From: Marsupella aquatica
Lineage: Eukaryota > Plantae > Marchantiophyta
DNA length: 64,000 bases
Assembly (NCBI GenBank): GCA_973895155.1
Contig: OZ316894.1
Coordinates: forward strand, 8,580,234-8,644,233
Reading direction: 5' to 3'
Of the stretch, positions 13,464-24,080 are shown one piece after another; within the stretch, counting starts at the first letter, position 1, and each line of letters starts with the position of its first letter. The position numbers and the translations under genes were made by a program. The notes beneath the pieces are model-generated. The model was given only the letters and a program-made list of their open reading frames with translations. It searched no databases and was not told the origin of the DNA.

Positions 13464-14696
13464 CTTCCTTCCAATTCTCTGTCACAACTGGCTGCTCTGC
13501 TTTGCACTGACTCCAGTGCCCGAACCAATCCACACCACCTCGATACCACGGCAAGTCTTCCAGCTTTGTATTCCCGTCTGCTCAATGCCTGTTCTGCTCT
13601 GTTCTCCAATGTTTCAATCAATCCACGCAACAATCAATTCGACTTCACTGAAAGTTTTTTCCAGCCTAGTGTGTAGCTCTGCTCGCTACTCCAGATATCC
13701 AATTTCGCTTCGCCTGAGCTGCACGTGTTTCGTGCTTTTGGGTTCAGAAGCGATCGACTGCTCATCAGCGCAGCACACTGACAGAATTTTCCATAGCTTC
13801 TTTACCGTATCCTACAGCAATAAAAAATATCGTCGACAAGCAAATTACTCTGGAAAACTTCACATTAGATGTGATATGGACGATTTGGATCAATCTTGAG
13901 AATTTTAATTTAAAATGCCCACTTCGTCAATGGAGCCCACGCTTCAAGCTTTCATGAACTTGCCTGCACGCCACGTCCCAACTTTATTGAGTGTGGGGGA
14001 TATTCGACTCTGTACACCTCAAAGGGCCAATGAGTGCAACTTGGACACAAGATCCCAATGGCAGTAGACCCAATAAAAGCAGGCAAACAAGACGAACAAT
14101 CACAGTGGTTGAATTTGAGGTATTCTATAATGAGGCACACAGGAATTTTGTTAGGGAGAACAGTGTTGATAGCGAGACACTAGTGGTTCTAAATTTCTTT
14201 TGCTTTTTGCTGCCTTCTATATTTTTGTGTTTCTTTATGACTCCAAATGGCTAGCAAGCAAAAAGAGGAGTCCCAAAAATGGATGTTATCAACCAGATTG
14301 TTGTTAGTGAGACAGTTGGATATAGAAAAAATAGGGGTCATGTAAGGAATATTTTTGCACGCGCGAGGAAATTTTTAACTGTTTCCTTGCCGGCTACAAT
14401 GACCCATTTAATTTAAGGCAAAGGAACTACAGCCAAACTACGCCACCTTTCATGACCGCCCTAGGTGGGTTTCATGGGAGGATAAAACTCCAGATCCACT
14501 CCCCACAACCTTGGAGAGGTTAGGCAAGGTGTCATCTGTGCATTGATAGAGACTCACTAAATGAGCTCCCGACTTTGGATGGGATCCTAGACTGCTATCT
14601 GTATGACAGTAAATGACATATTTGTTAAAAAGTGCATTTTTGTGTTGGTATTGTTAGTTTAGAATCCTATCCAATAAAACTGTTTGGAGGAGATCC

Positions 14697-15171
14697 TGTT
14701 GAGCATAGACGACGATCGCAACGGCAAGCCCATGAACCATCCAACGCACAATAGTCGACACAAGAGATACGTGGTTCACCTCCTTGAGGCTACGTCCACG
14801 GGAACACACAAGAGAGCTTTACTGAACTCTAAGCCCGTCGGCTATACCGAGTCTCCACAATGTAAGCTCTCCCTATCTCTCAAGTGGCTCCATAACAATG
14901 AGCCTTGGTTCTACCTCTCCAAGCACACATGCCTCTTATGATATAGTGTGCAACTTAGTTGTACCTAACCACATAGTTGTACCTAACCACATAGTTGTAC
15001 CTAATCACGTAGTTGTACCTAACCACATAGTTGTACCTAATCACGTAGTTGTACCTAACCACATAGTTGTACCTAATCACGTAGTTGTACCTAACCACGT
15101 AGTTGTACCAACCCACGTTGTTGTACCAACCACGTCATACCTAACCTAGACGTAAGAGTAAATACCCAACA
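14697..15171 (-). repeat. 3' LTR (475 bp) with 10x18-bp U3 array at 14957-15135
   Basis: TGTTGAG...CCCAACA, near-identical to 20825-21299; adjacent to the PPT. Confidence 0.95.
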
Positions 15172-15182
15172 ATCTTCCCCTT
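15172..15182 (-). other. Polypurine tract
   Basis: Minus strand AAGGGGAAGAT directly before the 3' LTR. Confidence 0.85.
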
Positions 15183-15386
15183 GACTCTGGTCTAGGGGAG
15201 AGTAATACTGCCAATGTATATGATCCCTCAGCGGGAAGTTCTGGACAGAAACCAAACCGGTTTCCCTCTCTAACTAGAGCAAACCAGAACTAAGCCGTAG
15301 CCTAATACATAGGAATGAGGAAGAGCATATATCAGTAATTACAATGAATGTTTAAGAAAACTCTACTTGTGATGCAATTGCAAAAC

Positions 15387-18300
15387 CTACAATACGTCAC
15401 GGTGTCTAGAGAAACTCTCCAAAGGAATCACTTTGGTAAATGCGTCAGCCGGGTTGAGTTTACCATCAATCTTGACTAGCTCAAACAATTTATCAGACAC
15501 AGCCTGCCTGATAAAATGGTACCTGACGTCAATGTGCTTCACTCTGCTGTCCATCACCTGGTTCACAGCAAGGTGGAGCGCACTTTGACTATCACAATGG
15601 AGCTTCACATTCCCCTGTGGCAATCCCATTTCAGTGATAAGTCTATCCAACCAAATCGCTTCCTTTGCTGCTTCCGCAGCTGCAACATACTCCGCTTCTG
15701 TAGTAGACTGAGCAATACACTTCTGCAAAGTAGACCTCCAACTTATGCATCCACCGCCAAGTGTGAACACGTATCCTGTTGTTGATCTCCTTCGGTCCAA
15801 ATCTTGTCCATAGTCAGAATCTACATAGCCAATCAATGATCTAGCATTCTTTGCATTCGCATCAAATAAAAGACCATGATCCACGGTACCCTTCAAGTAC
15901 CTGATAATCCACTTCACTGCTTCCCAGTGTACCTTCCCTGGATTCGACATGTACCTGCTCACCTTGCCCATAGCCATGGCAAGATCAGGTCTAGTGCAAG
16001 TCATCAAATACATGAGACTCCCCACTGCCTTGTCATATGGAACCTTTGACATCAACCCCTTCTCTGTGTCATCCGTAGGACAGAACGCTGATGATAACTT
16101 GAAGTGTGGAGCCAACGGGGTACTTACTGGCTTGCTATTCTCCATGTTGAACCTTGCAATTACCTTCCTCGCATAACTGCTCTGCGTCAACCATAGCTTG
16201 CCAGCCTCCAAGTCCCTAGTGATCTCCATACCCAAAATCCTCTTAGCTGGCCCTAAGTCCTTCATCTTAAACTCTGCACTAAGCAGTGCCTTGAGCTTAA
16301 CAATCTCAGACCTATCCTTGGCTGCAATTAGCATGTCATCCACATAAAGTACTAAAACAATGAACCCAAAGACAACATTCTTCACCGGTTTCAAATACAC
16401 ACAAGGGTCAAATACACTTCTGTGAAAACCTTGTGACCGAATCCAATCGTCAAACCGCTTGTTCCACTGTCTTGGTGACTGCTTCAACCCATACAAGGAT
16501 TTCAGCAATCTGCAAACCAATTCCTCCTGTCCTCTCTTCACAAAACCTAGCGGTTGTCTCATGAAGATCACCTCTTCCAATGTGCCATAGAGGAAAGCTG
16601 TGACAACATCCATCTGATCTAGGAGCAGACCAAACATTACAACAAGTACACACAATAGTCGTATTGTAGAGTACTTAGCAACTGGTGAGAAGACCTCATT
16701 GTAATCCACACCTTTCTCTTGTGTGAATCCCTTTGCTACCAATCTAGCCTTGTAGACCTTCGATCCACCTCCTATGGAATTATCCTTCAGCTTGTAAATC
16801 CACTTGCTGTCCACCACTTGCTGACCCTTAGGCAGCTTAACAAGCTCCCAAGTTTTGTTGTCCTTTAGTGACTGCATCTCTGTTTGCATTGCTGCAGTCC
16901 ACTTTTGCTTCTCCTTTGAAGCACTTGCCTCATGAAATGAAGAAGGTTCTCCTTCTTCCAAAATTAACGCATCACCCTCATCATCAGCTGTAAAATCATC
17001 CTCTTGCAGTTGAGATGAATCAACCCACTGTCCATACCTTGATGGAGCGCGTACAGTGCGACCAGATGTTCTTCTAGCCGATGACTCCGGTTGATCTGCG
17101 TGTGCTGGTACAATTTGAAGCTCAACAGCATCCACTTGCTGCTCACCAGCATCAACAAACTCCTCTGGTTCCTCTGGCACAGGAACCAGCTCCATAATTG
17201 GAGCAACTCCTTCTCTCCGGTCATGCACCTCATAACCAATCTCCCCCTCAACGAGATCCGGGATAGGAGATTTTCTTTTGTCAGTACGAGAGACCTGAGT
17301 ATTCTCCCCCTCCTTCAATAATCTGGATTCATTGAAGGAAACATCCCTACTGACAACGAGCTTACAGGCAATAGGATCCCATAGCCTATAGGCTTTCACA
17401 CCACTCTGGTACCCAAGAAAAACACATTTCCTGGAGGTAGGATCCAACTTGGTCCTATTCTGCTTTGGTGTGAGAGCATATGCATCACTTCCAAAAATTA
17501 CCAAGCCATGATAGTCTGCTTGCCGCTTATAGCGCATCTCAAACGGCGTTTTGAAATTGATAGCACTAGAAGGAGAAAGATTTACCAAATAAGCTGCGGT
17601 ATTGACAGCTTCTGCCCAAAATTCTTGTGGTAAACCTGATTGGCTCAACATACTCCGTGACCGCTCCAACAGTGTCCGATTGAGCCTCTCAGCGACACCA
17701 TTCTGCTGCGGAGTATAAACTGTGGTGAGATGGCGAGTTATCCCCTGTTCTGAACAGTACTCTTCAAATTCCATTGAAGTGTACTCCCCGCCGTTGTCTG
17801 ACCTCAAACTCTTCACCCTTGTATCCAAACACTTGATCGTGTTTCCAGTCTGATTCTCCACCTGGGCCTTCCATTTCTTAAAAATGGACAAGACATCAGA
17901 CTTATGCGTCATGAAATAAATCCACACAAATCTTGAGTAATCATCAATAAATGATACATAGTACAACTTTCCAGAGTGTGAGGGAGTCGGGGATGGACCC
18001 CACACGTCACTATGTATGTACTCAAGAACCGCTTTGGAACGATGAGTTCCAACACCAAAAGCACGACGATGCTGCTTTCCAAGAATGCAATGCTCACAAA
18101 ACTCTAATTTACAAGATTGCAAATCAGAAATGAGTCCATTCTTCCGTAAGATAGCCAAACCCTTCTCACTCATGTGGCCTAGCCGTGAATGCCACAGTTG
18201 AGTCATCTCCTCGTGAGACTTGGTTACATTGGCCTCTCCACATACAGTATTGCCCTGTAACACATACAAATTCTTTTGTCTACTCCCCTTCAAAATCACT

Positions 18301-18635
18301 GTCTCTCCCGACCTGACTTGAAGTTCACCATCAATAACGCTCCATTGATGACCATTTGAATCCAACACACCGAGTGAAATCAGATTCTTACGCATGCCAG
18401 GTACATACCTGACTCCGGACACTGTGCGCACAGCGCCATCAAACATTTGAATCTTCACAAACCCAATTCCCTCAATTTGACAGGAGTGATCATTTCCCAT
18501 CAGAACTGAACCGTTTGAAATAGAGTAAGAACTGAAAAACTCACGAATGTAACAAATATGAAAAGAGCAAGCACAATCAAGAATCCACACATCATCTGCT
18601 CTCCTAGATGACGTGCACAGGGCATACCCCCGGCT
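15387..18635 (-). CDS. pol: Copia Pol (protease-integrase-RT-RNase H), open from the codon after the gag UGA, with no own ATG at its start
   Basis: WILDCACSFH protease; LWHSRLGH...CEHC zinc finger; HSDVWGP / SDNGGEY / NGVAER integrase; QMDVVTAFL, LYGLKQSPRQW and YVDDML RT; GYVDSD, STTEAEY, CDSQSA and NPADAFTK RNase H. Confidence 0.95.
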   Translation of the reverse strand, partial: SRGYALCTSSRRADDVWILDCACSFHICYIREFFSSYSISNGSVLMGNDHSCQIEGIGFVKIQMFDGAVRTVSGVRYVPGMRKNLISLGVLDSNGHQWSVIDGELQVRSGETVILKGSRQKNLYVLQGNTVCGEANVTKSHEEMTQLWHSRLGHMSEKGLAILRKNGLISDLQSCKLEFCEHCILGKQHRRAFGVGTHRSKAVLEYIHSDVWGPSPTPSHSGKLYYVSFIDDYSRFVWIYFMTHKSDVLSIFKKWKAQVENQTGNTIKCLDTRVKSLRSDNGGEYTSMEFEEYCSEQGITRHLTTVYTPQQNGVAERLNRTLLERSRSMLSQSGLPQEFWAEAVNTAAYLVNLSPSSAINFKTPFEMRYKRQADYHGLVIFGSDAYALTPKQNRTKLDPTSRKCVFLGYQSGVKAYRLWDPIACKLVVSRDVSFNESRLLKEGENTQVSRTDKRKSPIPDLVEGEIGYEVHDRREGVAPIMELVPVPEEPEEFVDAGEQQVDAVELQIVPAHADQPESSARRTSGRTVRAPSRYGQWVDSSQLQEDDFTADDEGDALILEEGEPSSFHEASASKEKQKWTAAMQTEMQSLKDNKTWELVKLPKGQQVVDSKWIYKLKDNSIGGGSKVYKARLVAKGFTQEKGVDYNEVFSPVAKYSTIRLLCVLVVMFGLLLDQMDVVTAFLYGTLEEVIFMRQPLGFVKRGQEELVCRLLKSLYGLKQSPRQWNKRFDDWIRSQGFHRSVFDPCVYLKPVKNVVFGFIVLVLYVDDMLIAAKDRSEIVKLKALLSAEFKMKDLGPAKRILGMEITRDLEAGKLWLTQSSYARKVIARFNMENSKPVSTPLAPHFKLSSAFCPTDDTEKGLMSKVPYDKAVGSLMYLMTCTRPDLAMAMGKVSRYMSNPGKVHWEAVKWIIRYLKGTVDHGLLFDANAKNARSLIGYVDSDYGQDLDRRRSTTGYVFTLGGGCISWRSTLQKCIAQSTTEAEYVAAAEAAKEAIWLDRLITEMGLPQGNVKLHCDSQSALHLAVNQVMDSRVKHIDVRYHFIRQAVSDKLFELVKIDGKLNPADAFTKVIPLESFSRHRDVL

Positions 18636-19670
18636 TCATAAAACATACTCATCATTGAGTAAATCAGCTTCTCCATCAGCCCTAGCCACATTTGCCGATG
18701 AAGTTTCCGCTGCCTTTCCCTTACAGTCTCGCTTGAAGTGTCCAACTTGGTTGCACTTCCAACATGTCACCTGCCTCCTCTGAGGGGATTTACCCTTGGA
18801 CTTAGATCTGGATTTAGATCTAAACTGGGTTCTACGGTCCCCAGTTGGTCGCTGCATACTCCTCCCACGGTTAACATTGAGGGCAGCACCAGATGATGAA
18901 GGCTGTGACGTGATGTGCATCTTCTGCTGAAGATCATCACTAAGCAGAGAACTTACCACGTCATTGTATGAAATGGTATCCCTATCACGATGCAACAACA
19001 CTCGTGATAGGGACTGGTAAGATGGAGGCAATGAACTAAGAAGCTGCAGAGCCTTCGTCTCATCATTCAAAGTCTCCCCAAGGTTTTCCAAGTCAACGAC
19101 CATGTCGTTGAAAGCATCCACATGGTCTTGCAACTTCGTACCAGATTCCTTCATCCTGAAACTCATCAGTTTGTAGGAAGTGTAGAGCCGGTTCGACAAC
19201 TCCTTGCGGTGATACTTGCTCTGCAATTCCGCAAATAAGGACATGCAATCCTTATGTGCACCCAACTGCTTGATGATGGGAGGCATGAGATAGAGTGTAA
19301 CACACCACACTCCCTGCTCCTGCATGCGGTCCCATTGTTTCTCATCAACATCGTCTTCACGAGGGCTCAGCAGTTGGCCCATCCCTGACGCATAAAGCAC
19401 TCCCTTCACCTGCTTCTCCCATAGCAAGTAGTCAGAGCGCCCATCATACTTTGTCACTTCATACTTGGGTCCCCCAAGCTTGAAAGTCCCCATCTTCTTC
19501 TTTACCGTGAGCTCCGGTAGTAGTACTGCTTCCTCCACCACACGCCGCACCGGTGATGGTATCGGTGTCACGTGCTCTTCCTCCTGCTCCTCTCTCTGCC
19601 CCTGAAACCTCCGCGGTGACCCTCGTGCTTCAAGTTCCACGTCTTCGAAAAACTCCTCCGAATCACTCAT
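18636..19670 (-). CDS. gag: Copia Gag, 344 aa, with C-terminal CCHC zinc knuckle
   Basis: KYEVTKYDG..YLLW, LLSSLPPSY, CWKCNQVGHFKRDC; ends DEYVL-TGA in frame with pol. Confidence 0.93.
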   Translation of the reverse strand: MSDSEEFFEDVELEARGSPRRFQGQREEQEEEHVTPIPSPVRRVVEEAVLLPELTVKKKMGTFKLGGPKYEVTKYDGRSDYLLWEKQVKGVLYASGMGQLLSPREDDVDEKQWDRMQEQGVWCVTLYLMPPIIKQLGAHKDCMSLFAELQSKYHRKELSNRLYTSYKLMSFRMKESGTKLQDHVDAFNDMVVDLENLGETLNDETKALQLLSSLPPSYQSLSRVLLHRDRDTISYNDVVSSLLSDDLQQKMHITSQPSSSGAALNVNRGRSMQRPTGDRRTQFRSKSRSKSKGKSPQRRQVTCWKCNQVGHFKRDCKGKAAETSSANVARADGEADLLNDEYVL

Positions 19671-20810
19671 ATGAGAAAGTCACAAAAAATGTTGTTTTTC
19701 ACAACTTCTCAAAAAACTCGAAACTCAACACCGCCGCGTAGCCCACAAAGCTAGGAGTCCAATACTGAAAACCGAAATCAAAATCGAAATTTGACGGAAA
19801 AGTTATTCAAATTTCGGTCGAGGTGGGTAAAACCTTGGGAAACTCCCCCGTTTTGACCACCTCAGGGAATAACCGAAATACCAAGTACAACCCGTTGTCG
19901 GAATTGCGATGTGATTGGTGCGCTGCATTGCCAACTTCAATGGCTACGACCTCGCCGAAAAATAACCAAAAAAGTTACCGTTCGGCGGATGAAATCTTTG
20001 TCGGACGGTCAAAAAATAGCTCTCTGGTTTTTTGGAATATTCTATGACCCTTGTACAGGCCCTGTGGGAATTTTGGAAGAACAATCGAGGGGCTGACATG
20101 TGTCCTCGAACCCCCAAAACCCCCTACCACCCTTCGTCGTCGAAATCTGGTCGCGCGCGCAGAAAATACACACGGCAGAATGTACCCCTCGACACCAAAC
20201 GCAAGATATCTCACTCGGGTTTTGACTAAATCAAGATCCGATTTCAGATTTGGAAACTAGACTCCGAGGCGATGAAGATCGATATAAGAAGCACCCAAAA
20301 CGAGGAAAGAACGAGGGAGAAAAAAATTGGTAAAGATGACAGATTTCTCTCAATTGCCATAGCCAATTTCGAATCAGTTTTTCAAAGAGAAAAAAATGGT
20401 ACCTTGTCAACAACGAATGTTGATCAATTGCACTTGGTGTCGTCACCAAGTCCAACAAGGTAATTGATTTTGCTTAGCCTTCCTCTTTGCATCAAAGAGC
20501 CAATCCCGGACTCAAAAACAATCGTCTTGCCTCAATCTCTCCGTTGAGTCAAAACACTTGACGCTTCTCCCTCCGAGTCGATTGCCAACTTTCTTCACAA
20601 AATCCAGAACGACGAAAACTTAGATCTCTCTGCACCACGAGCTCCGTTCAACGATTTCTTCACACCGTTAGAAAGCTCTTGCCCTGATCTATCCGTTGAG
20701 CCCATAAACTCCAAGTTCCATGCGATGGAACTCTGGAAAATCCACCAACACTCAACGCTGGAAAAACCGTCATGAAATCCCGTCACGAACACACGTCACC
20801 TCCCAAGCAT

Positions 20811-20822
20811 GCTCTGATACCA
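20811..20822 (-). other. Primer binding site, initiator tRNA-Met
   Basis: TGGTATCAGAGC, 2 nt inside the 5' LTR boundary. Confidence 0.93.
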
Positions 20823-20824
20823 AT

Positions 20825-21299
20825 TGTTGAGCATAGACGACGATCGCAACGGCAAGCCCATGAACCATCCAACGCACAATAGTCGACACAAGAGATACGT
20901 GGTTCACCTCCTTGAGGCTACGTCCACGGGAACACACAAGAGAGCTTTACTGAACTCTAAGCCCGTCGGCTATACCGAGTCTCCACAGTGTAAGCTCTCC
21001 CTATCTCTCAAGTGGCTCCATAACAATGAGCCTTGGTTCTACCTCTCCAAGCACACATGCCTCTTATGATATAGTGTGCAACTTAGTTGTACCTAACCAC
21101 ATAGTTGTACCTAACCACATAGTTGTACCTAATCACGTAGTTGTACCTAACCACATAGTTGTACCTAATCACGTAGTTGTACCTAACCACATAGTTGTAC
21201 CTAATCACGTAGTTGTACCTAACCACGTAGTTGTACCAACCCACGTTGTTGTACCAACCACGTCATACCTAACCTAGACGTAAGAGTAAATACCCAACA
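20825..21299 (-). repeat. 5' LTR (475 bp) with 18-bp array at 21085-21263
   Basis: Near-identical to 14697-15171; followed by TSD GATCC. Confidence 0.95.
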
Positions 21300-23326
21300 G
21301 ATCCTATCTAGCTTATAGCTCCTTAGAAATTTGTGCAGTTTAAAGCGGTTGAAACAAATAGAATAAGTGAACTATTTATACTGTAGTTATGAAGCTCAGA
21401 TGAAAACAGAACTTTTGACATTGTTACCTGGATGGACATAGGCACATTACAGTGTCATGATACTCCCAGAACCTCACCGTATTATCATATGGAAGTGTAA
21501 GGTCACATGTGCGGTAACAATGGTAACCAAGGGAACTGAACCCCTTCAGTTGAATGAGAGCAGAGTCCACTGCAGGGACAGACCACTGGCAGAATCCACT
21601 GAAAACCTTATGTTGCAGGTCAAATACATGTCTACATGCCATAAGTGGAACAAAAGTGTAAAACATGTCATGCACTTAAGTTAAAAAAAAATTATTTGTG
21701 TCCATCAGGGTTGTGTGTGTCTGTCTAGGAATCATATTGTAATTGAATGAGACAATCAAGGGCCTTGTTTGTTTGTTTGTTTTTAAGTGAAAGGCGATAG
21801 TGTGCCTTTCCTAGAAGGCCACAGCGGACCCCACCAGTACAGAGAAATGCTCCTCATTTTGTGAGAGTACTTGATTCGTTTTTACTAGTTTATCCAAGTC
21901 GTATTATCACGACAAAGTTAGGTGAAAGTAGTATTTTGAGGGGTAACAAAATCTGGCCTACAATTCAAATGGGTTAAGAATGCCTGTAAAATAGTATAGA
22001 GCAGGTCGTGATAACATCCTGCTAAGTCACTGTCTAATTTGTTAACCCTGAGTTCACTTGTAAGGGCGAGGGGGAGAGACTGTTTTTACTGGCTAATCTC
22101 ATTGTAATTGTCTACATCAGTTTACTGTTAGTGCTAACACTGGTGCATATGGGCATGAAAGACTCTCCCCACCCAGACTCTTTAAGCACATATTTACTCA
22201 CAAACATAGTCTAAATATATAAAAAAAATGTTACCACATACATTATGACCTGTTGGGGCATCTTGAATCTTACAATTTGATGGACCTTAACTCCCTAGTT
22301 ATGGGTTACGGACACACAAAGTTATGGACTACAAAATTCATAGTCCATAACTTTTTGCCATAAGAATTGGTCCTATGTCATTACCTTCAGTCACTGTAGA
22401 GGCTAGTGAAAGAAAAAAACAATAAAAACTTTTCCAGAACCTTTGTGAAGGAGTTATGACCATTCCTTTACGGCCAAATGTCATCGTGTGCTTGGAAATT
22501 ATTGCTTCATTGTATGGAGTAGGTCATGAAGCACATGCTTGGGTCGCAAATTATAGTGTAAATGAGTTTCTCACCAACACCAACCATGGTTCGTGTCAAG
22601 GATTTTGCAGCAACTTTAGTATCACATCACTTTACTACAACTACTAACAACTATAGTATCACATCACTTTACTACAACTATTGATATTGTCCTCCCGTAA
22701 CAGAGATTCCCAGACAGTTTTTTCTATGGCAACTGAGTGGCTCGTGATGAACGAATTCCCTTCCCTGCTGTAGATTGTGGGATGCGACCGATCCTGAGGC
22801 TTCTGCTCATCAATGAGTGACTCGTTCGGTGACGGTTCAGAACTAAAATCCTCAGCTACTTCGTGTCCAGGTACTTCGTGTCCAAGTTACAGTTCATTCG
22901 GGCCACACTGACCTTCAGCACAACGAGCACAACGAGCACAACGAGCACAAAGAGGGTCCTTTGGCAGCAGTACATGACTTGATAGTTCAGGGCCTAAAAG
23001 GAAGATCAGTACAGGCCTGTTTTCAGACAGAAATGGTCTGCTGCTCTTCAGCAGGGAATAGACTGATCGTGTTTCCTATTTTTTGCTAAATGGAATTGTG
23101 CGGTGCTCGTTGTACCTAGATTTTTTAACATATGATCTGCAATTTGCTTCTAGGAATTCTGCTCTGTGGAGTCTAGTGGGGAGATACTCTGGTCTTGAGG
23201 CTGTGCTTTTGGCTCCCAATTGCTGCTTGGAAGAAGATAGAGCTAGCTTAGGCATTTTTGTTCGACGGGTTTGATTTGCATTGAAAGGCTTGACATCAGG
23301 GTTTGGGAGGAAATCGAGTTGGGAAG

Positions 23327-23983
23327 ATGTTGATTCAGCATCTTCCTCTGCTTTCAAAAAAATACATTGTGCTAGCTTCAGCCTCTCCTCGCAGAGCTGA
23401 GCTCATTCAAGGGCTAGGCTTAAAAGCCTCCATCATACCATCCACATTTGAGGAAAACCTCGACAAGTCAACATTTTCGAGCCCGGGAGACTATGCCTTG
23501 GCGACGGCGAAGCAAAAAGCCCTAGAGGTGGCGAAGCAGATTCACGATGGCCGACTCGCCGACTTAGTCATCGGAGCTGATACGGTCGTTGAGCTGGAAG
23601 GAGTGGTTCTGGAGAAGCCACAGGATGCAAAAGATGCGGTTCGAATGCTCTCCAGTCTGAGTGGTCGACAGCACACAGTCTACACTGGGGTTACTCTTGT
23701 TCTTCCACATGCTCGTGATCCGAAGTCAGGTCAGCCACCACTAACGCGAGAGTTTTGGGAGCAAACCGAGGTACAGTTTGCCAAGCTAGAACGGGAAGCC
23801 ATAGATGCTTACGTTACCTCTGGAGAACCCATGGGCAAGGCAGGCGCTTATGGAATACAAGGAACCGGCGGTTCATTTGTGAAAGGTATACATGGCTGCT
23901 ACTTCAATGTGATGGGGTTCCCTGTACATCGTTTTGCCGAGGAGGTGGACACCTTGATTAAAGCAGGCTACTTGGAATCTTGA
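23327..23983 (+). CDS. Maf-family nucleoside triphosphate pyrophosphatase (YhdE/ASMTL-N type), 218 aa, intronless CDS
   Basis: IVLASASPRR, STFEENLDK, AKQKA, VIGADTVV..LEKP, LSGRQHTVYTGV, EPMGKAGAYGIQG, GCYFNVMGFP; first ATG at 23327. Confidence 0.92.
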   Translation: MLIQHLPLLSKKYIVLASASPRRAELIQGLGLKASIIPSTFEENLDKSTFSSPGDYALATAKQKALEVAKQIHDGRLADLVIGADTVVELEGVVLEKPQDAKDAVRMLSSLSGRQHTVYTGVTLVLPHARDPKSGQPPLTREFWEQTEVQFAKLEREAIDAYVTSGEPMGKAGAYGIQGTGGSFVKGIHGCYFNVMGFPVHRFAEEVDTLIKAGYLES

Positions 23984-24080
23984 TAGAAATACGCACATCT
24001 CGAATATGTGTTTAGGCTAGATTGTTCTTCTTGATAGAAATACGCGCATCTCGAATATTTGTTTAGGCTAGATTGTTCTT
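23980..24080. repeat. 51-bp tandem duplication overlapping the Maf stop codon
   Basis: TTGATAGAAATACGC(A/G)CATCTCGAATAT(G/T)TGTTTAGGCTAGATTGTTCTT x2. Confidence 0.85.

Larger units (their letters stand above)
14697..21299 (-). mobile_element. Full-length young Ty1/copia LTR retrotransposon (Tnt1/Tork-like)
   Basis: 475-bp TG...CA LTRs; 5-bp TSD GATCC (14692-14696, 21300-21304); PBS, PPT, gag and PR-IN-RT-RH in copia order; one LTR mismatch seen (ACAATG vs ACAGTG). Confidence 0.97.

Noticed and set aside
13366-13899. 177-aa plus-strand ORF
   Set aside because: Antisense to RD2-like exon 1 and its leader; no protein-family features.
14898-15149. VVPNH(I/V)-repeat ORF (also 21026-21277) as a repeat protein or CRISPR-like array
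   Set aside because: It is the antisense translation of the 18-bp LTR array; there are no unique spacers and no cas genes.
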